A stretch of DNA of 64,000 nt, taken from Nemertoderma westbladi (taxonomy: Eukaryota > Animalia > Xenacoelomorpha). The notes beneath the pieces were generated by a model that was not told the origin of the DNA, did not search any database, and was given only the letters and a program-made list of their open reading frames with translations. The stretch covers positions 1 through 64,000 of the forward strand of contig JAUCBJ010006611.1 of the NCBI GenBank assembly GCA_032718475.1, in the 5' to 3' direction. A program made the translations under genes and the position numbers. Position 1 is the stretch's first letter. The number at the start of each line of letters is the position of its first letter. Of the stretch, positions 24,839 through 38,582 are shown piece by piece.

Positions 24839-27800
24839 ATGTCTGACACCCAGCAAAACCTGTCAGACAGTCTAATCGATACAACCATCTGTGACACAGA
24901 TAGGAGTGTGGAGCGATTAAGAAAGGAGTTCAGCTCACCTCCTACTGAAAGAAAGGTCATCCCTCCAGTAGTAGTATCCGACCCTAAGCTAATCCAACAC
25001 CGTAGGTCTATCATCGGCACTCTGGCCCAAGTCAAACGGAACCAGGAAGCAGCTGTCCAACAGCAGCAACATCCTAGTCAAGAAACTTGTTCCCAGCGAT
25101 CAGATAGCTCCAGTAGTTCGGATACTGTAGAGCTGACCCCCGAACGCGGATTGCAGATGGCGGCTACAGCCTACTCGGATCCCCTTCTCACCCTTCCTGC
25201 CGCAGTACTAACTACTATATTGATTGCGGTGGAGGAACATCAAGCCGATTGGGCGAGAAGTAAAAGAGTGACCCAAGATAATTATGCGGGATACGCCAGG
25301 GAAGAATTGGTGTCTATTGTCGAGTCACAATGGAACTTTCCCGGACCCGGACTCCCGTTAGATTTGTCCGAAGCTACTTGGGAAGATATACACAGGATGG
25401 GAGTGGCTAAAGATACGATGGATCCAGCTGTTTGGAAGAGGTCGGCAGCAGGATATTGTGCAGGGATTCTTCGGCTCCTTAGAGCAATTGGAAGAACAAT
25501 TGTTTCGACAACCCCAAGGACCTCAAGAGCAGGAGGAGCTGCTTTATCAAGTACGCGAAAGAACCCTACGTATTAGACTAATCCTATCAGCCTTTGAGGA
25601 AACTTCCAAAAGAAGACAGGACACGTCGCTGCAGGTCACTGTCAAGACTTGGTTCCAGCGGGTAGGTCTCAAAGTGCAAGAAACGGCCCAGTGGAAATCC
25701 CAGCTGGCTGAGAGACCAACCTATGAAGAACCAACCGATGCCACCCTTTCTCAAATGGAAAGCGAAGAAACACCAGCAGAGAAGCCGCCCTCGAGAGACG
25801 CCATAGACATCTATCTGTCAGACTATCAACGATTCCTAGGAGACGAAGAGTTGAGGAGACGACTGTCGGGACTTCGCCCTAATAGTGAAGGAACCAAGCT
25901 TGTGTTGGACGCAATCGATGCGGAAATGTTAGCTGCAAACCAAGCTGAATTTGATGAAAAACTCCGCCTCACTAGAGTCCAAGAAGAACAAGTAAAGAAA
26001 AAACGGATAGAGGACCGAAAGGCAGCAGCAGTAACGGCGGCAGAAGCAGAAGCAGCAAAGGCAGCAGCAGAAGCAGCAAAGGCAGCGGCAGCAGCAGAAG
26101 CAGAAAGAAAGGCAGCGGTGGCAGAAGCAGAACTGAGAGCGTCTGAGGAGACTACCCAACTAGAGTTGGAAAATCTGCAAGAGACGCAAGACAACATAAA
26201 TAAACAGTTAACTGCTAGTCACATGCAGATGATGAGAAGATCTACTCCCAAACGCCAGGGATATACATCATCGGAGGAAAGCGAAACCACCGATCCTGAA
26301 GGCGGAGGAAATAGATCTCGTCTAAGCAGGCGTAGAAAAACATCTTACCGTCACAAATTGCCTGATTTGCCCCCAGCTGTTAGAAGACAACTAGCTAGCA
26401 CAGACTTAAGTAGTATAGAACCTACAGACCAAATTATTAAGGTCAAAAAACTCCCTACTATAGTTGATGAGCCTGAAATAATTAGGCCTGTCGTTCCCAA
26501 AGTCACTCCTGTGCTAGAGACCCCTGTACTTCCAGAGCTTAACTCTAAATTCCCTTTACACAGTACTACACTGCCTGTACCCGGTAGAACAGTCCATGAG
26601 AATATCCCTGTCCTGGAAGCTGAGAGAGAAATCAAAGATTTGTCTCCTGTCGTCCCGCGTCAGCCCGCTACAATGTTGGCGACTCCCGCTTCGGCGGTCG
26701 AGTGGGTAGAGGAGGGACGGCGGGGGATGAATCTCCTGCTCGGACAGATGCAGGAGACTGTCCACCAACTTAAGGGAACCGTAAGGGAAGGTAGGGCAGA
26801 ATTGCAAGAAGTGCAGCAAAGTATCGCGCTAGAACGCGACAAATTAGTCAATATACAAAATGGTATACCAATACCCCCTGTAAAATTGTGTCAACCTGTT
26901 AGGTCTGAAGTATTACATGCGCAAGGTGTGGAGCCTACACGCATCTATACTGCTAGTGAAGTAGAAACTCCTATAGCAAACCCTATTAAGGGTGATTATA
27001 GACCTGTTGTTAATGATATTCCCTATAGACCTGATAATGATCCAAGAAATTTATATACCGATAATTCGATATTAAATAACACGATGGCCCAAGAAAGCTT
27101 TACGCGTCAGATGGCTAGAACAGAAGCCCGCCAAGCGGTCAAAGTGGGAGAGATCGTCAAATTCAATGGAGATGAGATGAAATGGTTACCTTTCAACGAA
27201 TATTACAAAGACAGCATACAGAACTCTGTGCTATCTAACGGAGAGAAACTTAGGTTCCTCATCAAGTGCTTGGAAGGACCTCCCAAGTTAATGGCGTTAA
27301 AGTTTATTGGACATCCAGAAGGATTAAGACAAGTTTGGGATACATTAAACATCAGGTATGGTAACAAGGATAACATAGCTAAGTATTTGTATGCAAAATT
27401 AGTAGCCCCCCGAAACTTCCTTAGTAGCGGGATTATAGAGTTTTCCGATGAGATTCAAGAGATCTGTAGACAATTGGACTGGTTAGGTAAGTCTCATGAA
27501 TATCAGAGTTCCATGGTTATTGGAGCAGTAGTCTCTACTTTACCAAAGGGTGGAGTATGTACGCGCTGGGACAAGAAAGTGTTGTATATGAATGAACAGC
27601 AACGACGAAGCCCTACCATGGCTGATCTCATGTCCTTCTTAGATGGTGAAGTAAAACTACAACTCATCAAGCAGTCCAGAGAAAAAACATCGGAAAATAA
27701 GGTAAGTGAGAAACCCGCTTCTAGGAGAAGAGTAACACCGGTGTGTTACACTGACGACGGCGAAAGCCAAGCTTCTCAAGACGAGGACAGCGGGAAAGAC

Positions 27801-30800
27801 ACTGATCGATCTTACTACGTTGACAAAACCTCAAAAGACGTAAGTAAATACAAGGCTCGAAACAACGATAGGAGAGAACAGGTTGCCAAGACCCCTCCTC
27901 AGTCTCCTAACAGAATGCACCGAAGAAAGCCCGAAGAAAGAACGAGAGTGCATCAGGTTACCCAAGGTAAAGTGAGTAACATAAAACCTAACTGTGCGCT
28001 GTGCGACGGGACCCACCGTTTGAGTGCGTGTGCTGAATTTCTAAAGAAATCCCTTGTGGACAGACGTGCAGTCGTGTGGGATAAGCGGTTATGCTATAAT
28101 TGCCTCAGACCAGGACACCAACGGCGAACCTGTTACTCCGACGTAAGGTGTGCAAAGTGTAGCGCGAAACATCACATCTTGTTACACAGTGAGTTCGAAC
28201 GAGACAACCCGAGTCAGGTAAGTGAGCCCGAACTACATGTCCAATTCAGTGATGTAAATGACACTGATCAAGAATCTGAGATGGAAGGATTCTATACTGA
28301 CGAATTTTCCGACGCCAACGAATCCTGTTATCTAATCAATACCGCAGTGTATCGAGCACTTACTTATGAAAAGGACACCAACAATGAGTTTCCCCCAACT
28401 ACGTTTGCCAGACAACCATCTTGGAAAGCTCCAACTTCCAACGTAGGAATCAGAGAATTTCCTGTAGTGCAGGTAAGAGTTCACAGTCCTAACAAAAGTT
28501 ACATAGTGAACGCACTCCTTGACTCCGGCAGCACAGGAACATTCATCGATCAAGAACTAGCCGAAGATATCTTTGCTGGACAACCCAAATTCCGGACTAA
28601 ATTGAATATGTCAGGAATTATGCAGGTTTGGAAATCTACCCTAACGGCAGATTACTATGTAGGTGTGTTGTCCACCCCCCAGGATAAATTAGGAGCACAA
28701 GGTATAAGGTCGGTAAAAATGGTGGCTATAAAGAACTTCGCTTCTACTCAAGCAGACCTTTATAATTGGGACGAGGATGAGAGCATCCAACATCTTAAGA
28801 TACCTCGATTCCAGACAGATTATCCTGGAGTGCAAATACTCATCGGCCAGAACGCGCATGAGGCGCTCGAGACATTGGAGAAACGGCCTGCTCAACCGCA
28901 GCCACTGCAAACCTATGCGGTAAGAACTAGAGTAGGTTGGTACTTTACTGGCCCTTCCCGCAAAACTCTCGAAGAGAGAATGCCACAAGAACGAATATAC
29001 CAAGTAAACGATTGGGAAGTGGAGAGCAGTGAGGTGGACGAACTAACTGAGGTAACACCATACTCCTCAGATAATGACGACATCTACCAACTCTTCGATG
29101 AAGAGAACACAATCGACCTACTTACAGAAAACAAAACTTGGAAAAATCAGGTGAACCTATGTCAATTGATTCGCCCATCGGAACCCATTGACTACAATGA
29201 CGAACTAAATGATGAGATAGAGCGCTGCAACGCTAGAACTCGGGACGAACTCGCCGACGATTCTTTACTCAAGAACTGGTAGAGCCCAATTCATATGATA
29301 AGGCCCTATCGATAGAAGAAGAAAGAGCCAAGCAAATCCAGGAAACAACTACACGTTTTTTAAAGGACCAAGGTAGATATGAAATCGGCCTACCATTTCG
29401 AAAACGAGAACCTAGATTTATAAATAACAGACCCTTGGCAGAGAAAAGAATCGCTCAATTGCATCGATGCCTTACGGCTAATGCTTCAGCTAAAGAAATG
29501 TACCAAACTCAGCTGAAGAAATTTATAACAAAGGGATACGCGGAGCGAGTACCGGAAGGAACACCAGTAACTGAGAGAACGTATTACTTAACACATCATT
29601 ACGTTCCCAAACCCGGTAAACCCCATGAAGTACGAGTCGTATTCGATGGCTCTGCTCTATATATGGGCCAATCCCTCAATTCCGAGTTGTTACCAGGACC
29701 CAACTTACTCCAATCTTTGTTGGGAATACTTTTGAGATTAAGACAATATTCCATCGCGTTTGCCTCCGATATAGAAGGAATGTTCTTACAAGTCAAGGCG
29801 CTGGATAGAGATAGAGACAGTCTGAGATTTCTGTGGTGGCCTGAAGGAGACCTCAACCATAAACCAGTAGAGTACTGGATGACCATCCAGGCTTTTGGGA
29901 TCATATCTAGCCCTTCCAACGCCTGCTCCGTGGTGCGAACCACTGCGAATGACAACCGAGACGCCTTCTCCAAAGAGGTGATAGACAACATCAAACGTAA
30001 TATATACATGGACGACAATTTAAGGTCCCTTCCATCAGTAGAAGAAGCCATAGATGTCGCGAAAGGAACGGTTGAGTGTTTGAAAAGAGGTGGATTTCGA
30101 CTGACGAAATTCACTAGCAACTCCCGTGAGTTTCTGGAAGCGATACCGGTAGAAGACCGAGGAACGAAAGACCTAGACTTAATAAAGGACGATCTTCCAG
30201 AAACCAAGACGCTTGGCTTGAAGTGGGACACTGAAAGAGACATCCTGTTTTTTCAGTTAAAACAGCGAGATAATCCAGTTCGGACCAAACGGATTTGTTT
30301 AAGTATCCTGAGCACTTATTTCGACCCATTGGGATTTATTAGCCCAGTTATATTGATTGCTCGGAGTTTAGTACAACAAATGTGGCTTGAAAACCACTCA
30401 TGGGACGATCCGCTTAAGGGAGAACTGTTAAAGAAATGGATGAGATGGGAAGATTCTCTACCTGCCATCGAGAACTTTATAATTTCCCGTGCATATTTTG
30501 GTCATGTTCTTCCTACGCTTTACTCGTGTTGGAGTATCTAACCAATGAAGTCTGTCAGTTCAGCGTTTTTGTTACTAACAGGGTAGCTATTATTCTTAGT
30601 CGCACAAAGATAGATCAATGGAGACATTGTCCTGGTACGATTAATCCAGCCGATATCGCCTCCAGGGGAGCAACTCCACAGGAACTGATAGATACTCCAG
30701 ATTGGTTGGGTGGACCCGACTTCCTGAGCAAGGAAGAAGATGAATGGCCTCCTCACCTTACTACGGCGGAGATTAGACAAGCCAAGGGAGCGGAGACAAT

Positions 30801-32631
30801 CAAACCTAAAACCCGGGCGAGTAAATCGAAGTTATTTAAACCGACAATCGATCTATCTGTATTACATACTTCCGAAAATGATGCTTCGGATCCACAATCC
30901 CTCGCCACAAATAAGTCTGTTGTGGAAATTAGAGATAGAGATTGGAAATCTGGAATACCAGACGTCTCGCAAGGAATCTCACCCCTGCTGCAGAGAGCAA
31001 TGCATCACTACAGTTCCTGGAATCGGCTCTGTAAAGCCGTCACATATTTAAGGAGATGTTTTCATCATCACTACTCCAGGACGAAGACCATTAGTGATAC
31101 CGCTCCATTGCCATCTGCGCAAGTTCATGTTATTAAAAATTTACCCAAATATAAAACATCCGACAGGTTTCTAAAGGAGAAAATTAGTCACCAGGAGCAT
31201 GAAGAAACCAATAAGCAGATACTGAGACTCCTGCAATGCTATGAGGATTCCGAAAAGTATTTCCTGTTGCTGAGAAATCCGCAGATGCGCTTAAGGGATC
31301 GATTCTCTAGTACAATGATAGATGGGTTAATACGTGTTGGAGGAAGGCTCACCAATGCGCCATTATCCTTTGACACTAAATTCCCCATACTCATTAGAAA
31401 TCTTGAAATCTTGACAAATCAAGATGATTGTAGATGTTCACAGCAAACTTTATCATGCTGGTAGAGAACGAGTTCTTAGCGAAATCCGAACTCGCTATTA
31501 TTTTTATAAACCCCGTAGAGCTCTGAACCAAGTTCTTAGGGACTGCATACCCTGTAGGAAAGCATTACACAGCGAGAGGCAGAATTACCTAGGGAAAGAG
31601 TAAGCTTCTATGAACCACCTTTTACTAATACTGGTGTAGATTTATTTGGCCCTATTGAAGTATATCGTGCTAGGACTATAGTCAAGAGATGGTGTGTCAT
31701 CTTCGTGTGCATGACTTGTAGAGCCATCCATCTCGATATGGTGAATGATCTATCTACCAACAGCTTCGTCTTAAGTTTACGCCGACAGATCGCTCGCTTC
31801 GGGACGAGTAATACCATGAGATCGGATAAGGGAACGAACTTCATTGGTGCCAACAACGAAATACAGGCTTACGTGAAGGACTGGAACCAAAGACAGGTGG
31901 ACGATCAGCTAAGGATAACAGCGTCTAGCTGGACCTTCAACGCCGCCGACGCCCCTTGGTGGGGAGGAAGTTGGGAGAGATTAATTAGAAGTGTCAAGAC
32001 CGCATTTCACTTTATAGTGCCATGCCGCGCGTATCTCACCGACGAACTTTTGCGGACGTTAATGGAGGAAATAGCTGCCTATCTCAACGAGAGACCGCTT
32101 ATGCCTGGAATTTCCGATTCCCTGGAAGCGCTAACACCCGCGCACTTCCTACTGAAGAAACCTGTAGCCATGCTCCCACGATCGGAGATTGCCGACGGAG
32201 ACGAATACTGCTGTCGAACTTGGCAACTTATGCAGTTGCTATCCCGTCGCTTCGCTGACCATTTCGAGAAACATTATCTGCCCACGCTACAACTTCGAAC
32301 TAAGTGGTTTGCGCAGCAAGAAAACGTCAGCGCCGGAGATATGGTGCTTATTGTAGATTCAGACCTCCCACGTAAACGGTGGCAGACAGGTCGTATCATC
32401 GAGACCCACATCTCGGATGATGGTTTAGTACGCTCGGTAGAACTCGTCGTCTTGCGGCGTAACTTCAAGAAGCCAGGTATAATCTTTGAGACGCAACAAC
32501 TCAACCGCCCAGTTGGTCGTTTATGTCTACTGGAAAGAGACAGAGAACTCTCCGGAAACTATGGAAGGCAAGACACTCTTCCCACGACCACCTCCCTAAT
32601 TCCTCAAACATCTAGGGACTCCCCAACGTGA
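24839..32631 (+). pseudogene. BEL/Pao gag-pol polyprotein, disrupted
   Basis: DUF1759-type KFNGDEMKWLPF; three zinc knuckles (CALCDGTHRLSAC, CYNCLRPGHQRRTC, CAKCSAKHHILLH); protease LLDSGS; RT VRVVFD...SDIEGMF...YMDD; NPADIASRG; integrase GVDLFGP, SDKGTNF, WWGGSWERL. Frame breaks near 25440, 29280, 30510 (RNase H DAS segment missing) and 31400-31590. Confidence 0.92.
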
Positions 32632-34250
32632 TACGTCTGGAGTGGGTGTATGACTATATTATTTTATCTATTTTATTATATTTTATATGTGAACATTATT
32701 ATGTACTTTATTATAATCGTTTTTATTTAATTTTATTTAGTAGAAGGTTATTTTAGATTATTTGGTAGATTAGTGCAATAAATTAGTGTTTATTACGTAA
32801 TTACATATATATAATATATATTTAGTGTGACGGCGAGAAAAATTTTTTCTCTTTCCTTACTGTCCGTATCATATTATAAATACGTGACTACAGTAAGATG
32901 AAATGTCCGTACTTATTAAAGTACAATAAAGCCCCTACTATATTTAAGTATTATTGGTAGGCAGAGTATTAGGAATGCAAAGTTCAGATCCTCGTGTCTC
33001 GGCTAAACCAAGCTCTGGGTAGACCTTGGAAACGACTTGCCTCTTCACACTGACATTGCTTCGTGCGATATTGCTCTTCTACCTTATATTAAATAATACA
33101 TATAGTAGCGTGATGTCCCTCTAACAGTAGCGTAAAACGCAAATAAATCTGTTAAACCTTTTGACCATCTGTAATTCTAGTCGATTAAGATATCGCGGCA
33201 CCCACCGATATACTTGAAAGACAAATTCTAGAATCAGTGGTTAACGTCCCCAGACAAGTTCTGGAATAAATCGGTGCCCATCTTAAATATTAATTTAATA
33301 TTTATTAAAATCTGTAAAATTCAGATCCTTTAAATTTCTAGTCAATTAAGATATCGCAGCACTTACCGATACTCTTAAAAGACAATTTTCATAGAATTAA
33401 GGATCCTATGTCCCCAGACCTGCTCTGGAATCAAATTGTGTCAATTTTAACATCAAATAATAAAATTCACGGGAATAAATTTAAATTCATATTTTAAATG
33501 AATTTCATAAATTGTCGTTTTGTGCAATTTATAACATTCCCAAAATTCCATTAATTAATAGATCATGGGAGCGGAGATTCATCCTATTGAGTGTATTAGA
33601 GTGCGAGAATCTCCAACATATAGTCAATAGCCGATAAAATTAATAAAATCATGCATAAAGAGGATATTGACAATTAAAGAATTACTATTAAATAGCATTC
33701 CAGATCTGTATGCATGAGAATTACCCTAATTCTACCGCTAGCATTCCATAATGTCACCATAGCAACACCCACGCTAAAATTAGAAGCAAGTTAAGAGAAT
33801 AATAGAAAGCTTGTCACATTGCATAGCATAGAGAATACATAGCACACTGTTAGTATCCAAGGATACACAGTAACAACGTGACATTCTGGAAGGCACTGAC
33901 TAACGGACAAATGGCCTGTATGTGTACAATTGGTGACAGTTGTGTGGAATTTGTGCGTTTATAGGTGAATGTTACTGCTAAAGTATGTTTACAGTAGCTA
34001 GTCGCAATTGTAAAAGTAGCCCAACTCTCCTATAGAAAGAACCTAAGTGGATCCAAGCCTTTGGGACGGACAGTGGAGTGACTTGTGCCGGTTATCGTTG
34101 TCGTGCTGTTGCTACATGTTGGCGTAAACACCGCGACGATGGTACATCGGCGCTGAGAATCCCACTGTCCGGGGGCAAAGAGAAGTAGGCAGCGACGCCC
34201 GCTCGCCTAAATATAAACTCATTTGATATTAATAAACTCAGATAGCAGAT

Positions 34251-37200
34251 ATGACGGAGTTGATAGAAGATGATCTTGGCATTAGGGAGCGATATACTCT
34301 ACCTTTGCAAGCATTTGTGGATAGCTTAATGCGTGGTGAAGCCGATCCAACCATTATGGAGGACGATGGTCGTTATATCGAACCGCCGATGTCCTAAGAG
34401 CAACTTGCGCGTGAATTGGATTATCGAAAATTCACCACTCGCTATACGAATCGTAATGGTACGTATATGGACTTCTTAACTACCGGCCATCCTATCGATT
34501 TACATGATACGGACGATGTAGATACAGAGAGGGAAATGGTTCTGTTTAAATATCATACCCAGCGGAGTCGTAACGATAAACCGAGAATAGATCACGAAAA
34601 TTCTATTCGTAATAGACTAGAAAGAGAAAACATTGAAGAACCGGATAAATGCATCGACTTCAACGAATACCTAGAATTTTTTAGAGAAACCTATCTCAAC
34701 ATCGCCAGTCAGCAGAACCTAGAGACTCGATATCCTCAAGGTATACATCATGACCCTGTGGTAGAACTCAAACGGCTCTATTTCACTATGATGTATCTTA
34801 CCGCCGATCGTCCACTACCTGTTATCCCGGATAGTTTTGAACAAATGGAAGAATACTGCAAAACTGGAGAACGATCACCCGCGTTTCCTCTGCAGGACGT
34901 ACGTCTTTGGTATTATTGTGACGAATGCCCTAGACCCAACCAACAAACTGAAAGACACAAACATCCGCGGAGACGTTGCGCTAAACACAGCTTTACGCGT
35001 TATACTTACGGGAGTTTCGAGCGAAACCTGTTCGACGTATCACCTACGATCGCTCGTCTTAAACGATCACTGAATAAACCCATGATCAGAGTTCCGGAAT
35101 ACTCGGTCAGGCCTCCTCATTCCCTAGTGAGACCTCAAACTCTTGATCCTAACAGTATCACTGATCCTCCCGAACTATATTCCCTGTTCAAAGACTTAGT
35201 GTTACCCGAACAATTAATCGGTGGTGCTCCGGTAGTGGGTTCGTTAGACATTCGCCCATCCTACTTAGCCGGATTGGGACGCGGGCAGCTAATATCGCCC
35301 TTTGATCCTTACAATCGTCCAGGATTAAACCCGATGCAACCCGCCACGGAAGTCGAGGAGAGCGTTATAAGAAACGCTTTAGACGCTATTCGACAGAAGA
35401 TCGGAAAGGGAACACAAGATTGTTTAGAGAAACGTAAATTACAACAACAAGTTCAATCGGTGAAGGAGTTAGCCTTGCCACAGTTCGATAGAGAAATCCA
35501 AAACCTCGAGGAAGACATCGAGCTTGGACGCACGTATTCTCTACAAGAATTTTTAGATGAACGCTTACAGAGACAAGCGGAAGAAAATCTACTCGAGGAG
35601 AAACACACGAAACTGGAAGAGAGAGAAGAAGCCGCTTTAGCCCAACCTGAAGCTCAAATCCTTATGACGGACCTCTACTCTCGAACCATTCGTCATCCCT
35701 CGATGATTCCACATTTCGGAGACAAACTCTTCGCGACGATACAACCTCAACCGGTTGATATCAGTACAGGATCGCAAAATCTTATCGCTGACGCCCCTAT
35801 GTTACAGCGTCCGCCAATCGAGGCCGCTCGTGTTGACGGTATACTCGTTGAACCTCCGGACAATCGAGCGGATCTTGTCCGTCGTATGGTACACGATGTC
35901 AACATACGCGCTAGACCTTTACAGAACTCGTTTTATGGGATTAAAGACCACCCTTATTACGTTAATCTGACTCAATATTATATGGTAAAACCAGAAGACC
36001 CGACGCATAATTTAAAGTTTCTACCACTAATAAATCCTCTAGACATTGTCGAACTCGAACAATTGCAGAAACATCTGGATCAGTTAGTAAAAGTAAACTC
36101 ATTTAGAAAACCATATAACATTTCTAGAATCGAGAAAGATATAGAACCCCCTTATAATCTCGATGGATTTATTAAAACTCGATTAGTCCATTGGAATCTA
36201 GATGTATTATTTGAAGAAGAGAAAATACAAAGATACGGAAATTTGGAGACGTATACCACTCGGCACATGAAGTATAGTGATCTCCCTGACGCTAACCAAT
36301 GCGCCACCTTGTGGCATCCAGTAGGGATGACCCTAGAGAACGCCACCAAGGAGTGGAATGAAACTCTTAATGTTATTGAGATGTATGGAGTTGTCACCTA
36401 CGATAATGAAGGTAGCGTTCCGGTCGGAGAACTAGGAACTACGCGCATGATCCACATACGCGGATTAGCTGGTTCTACCCATGTGTTTACTCGAGCGTGT
36501 TCCGACGTGATTGATTATTCCTTTGAAACTCTCACTGAAACACAAAAGAATCTCCGACATGGACAATTCGAACTCGCGCAGCGTTACGTCATTGACACCG
36601 AACGCAAACCGGCCATGGGTATCGATGGAGCGATGTTACCCCAGCCCGTACTCGAGATGTTGTTCAACGAAAGAATCCTTAAAATCGGCTCAGCTGTTTA
36701 TGGAGATCTCCAAAACGACTTTCGGAATATGGAGAACATTCCATACCCTTTCGTTGATACTCAGCTGATTGCTCCCTGGGCAGAAGGTCGAGGTTTCTTC
36801 CGCACCATGTATGCTAATACGTCTAGCAACATTACAAAGGTGCAACGAACTTCCATCGGACATCTTGCCTTTCAGGAATACGGATGGAATTTCAAAGTCG
36901 GAAATCCCATTAACTATCAACAAGTATACGGAGACCATTATTCTCGATTATACTTTGATGGACCATTGACCGCACCTGGCGCCGTGTATAGCTTCATGAG
37001 TGTTCCACTCCGTCCCTCCTTAGCTATATACACGATCTTTGAAAACACCGCACTTGCCGGTTGGCTAGCCGATGTGTGCAGTCGTACTATACGCGCCCAT
37101 CCATTAATACTTGGGACCAAACTCGCTAAGCTAGATGAACATAATAAATTCATCCGCTTCGAATGTTTCCGGCGATTTTTAACCCCGTTCCGCAATGTGG

Positions 37201-38504
37201 ATAGCCAATTTAAAGACCGCGCTTTGACCAAGCTCAGCCTAAGAAACTCAGCTGCAGAGAAGTTGGATAGCGCTGGATTCGCCATTTTCCAAGAGATTTG
37301 TATATCGAACTTGCACTCCTCTGTTATACAAAGACCTCGAATCCCCACAGGTTATTCTGTCGTGGAAATTCAGACAATAGGTCCACCTGAAGAGACAGAC
37401 ACGCCCACCTCAGCTATGCACTTAGAAGACGAACCAATATGTCTAGAATCTGAGGAGATTCAGCCTATCGCGCCCCGGAACAGCGACAACGATTACATCA
37501 TAGAATGGTATCAAGGTCCACAGTGTCTCACTGCGTATGATTATCGACATGTCAACTATGTTTCTAGGCAACGTTGTCGGTTATGCGCATCGAGAGACCA
37601 TGATACACCCATGGACACAAACCTCCGCTGTTCCTATTTCCAAGAACAACCGACTATGGAAATTTATTGCGCATATTGCAGACTCAATAACTTGCATATT
37701 TTTGCGGTTTGCCCTCAATTTATGACTCAATGTCACCATTGTCAACAAAAGGGACACGCCAGTTTCGATTGCCCTTTTAATCACGATTTGGAAAGCGTAG
37801 ATGAAATGATCACACTATGTTACATCAGAGCTTGGGAAGCGAACGCTGATTTACATTGTGATTCGCGCCATCGCTATTATCCCGGACGCGCTTACGAAGG
37901 AGTTTATGCATTCCATCCTTATCTATTCGCTTCGGTCGAACAGAAATCACGCATATCGAGTTACGAGCTACTGAAGAGCGTCGGAGAATGTATTTCAACC
38001 AAATTTGTACGCAAATTTCTCAGGAGTGTTAATCCTAGCGACCTTCATTCCTATAACTTAATCAATTACATCCGTCAGGATCCGGACTATGGAGACTTAT
38101 TTGTTAACTCACACCCCGAGTTACAGGAAGTATATCGACGGCCTTACGAATACCGAGCCCGCGAACGCGAGTTGGAAAGAACTATTAAACCCCGGAGGTT
38201 TCTAACTGCCTATGGTCCATCCACGGCCCTCGTTCAGACCACTCGTAAAGGACCCGTAAGAGCGGCTGTCTTAAAACGAACTCTCAAAGCCATTAGACCC
38301 CTCTCCCCCGACGTTGATGTCAATCAACCCGGTACTTCGACTGGCGGATACACCGACCATAATCCTACACCCTCTGATGCAATCATATTGCACCCTTCAC
38401 CCAGGAGTTATAGCCCTCCTTGTAAAGTGGCTCGCCCCAAAGAGAAAAGGACTCTGGCTAGCTTTAAAAAACTGCGTAAATGCTGTCCGCGCAAGAAAGA
38501 CTAA
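34251..38504 (+). CDS. Extra retrotransposon ORF: DEDDy (WRN/EXD/RNase D-like) 3'-5' exonuclease domain plus Cys/His zinc knuckles; one in-frame TAA at 34395-34397
   Basis: 1362 open codons from 34416 with an in-frame ATG at 34251. ExoI VVTYDNEG; LPQPVLEMLFNERILKIGSAVYGDL (ExoII); FVDTQLIA; ExoIII-like PLRPSLAIYTIFE; CHHCQQKGHASFDC knuckle. Confidence 0.7.
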
Positions 38505-38582
38505 CTGTTTAGAGTATTTACATATATTAGAAACTGTGATTTTTGTATATTTATAAACTTGAATCCCATTTTCTGGGAGCGG

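Noticed and set aside
25430-25576. Programmed frameshift in gag
   Set aside because: No slippery heptamer recognised and the element has several other lesions; mutation is simpler
34416-38504. env gene
   Set aside because: No signal peptide, fusion peptide or C-terminal TM segment seen; the motifs are nuclease and zinc-knuckle type
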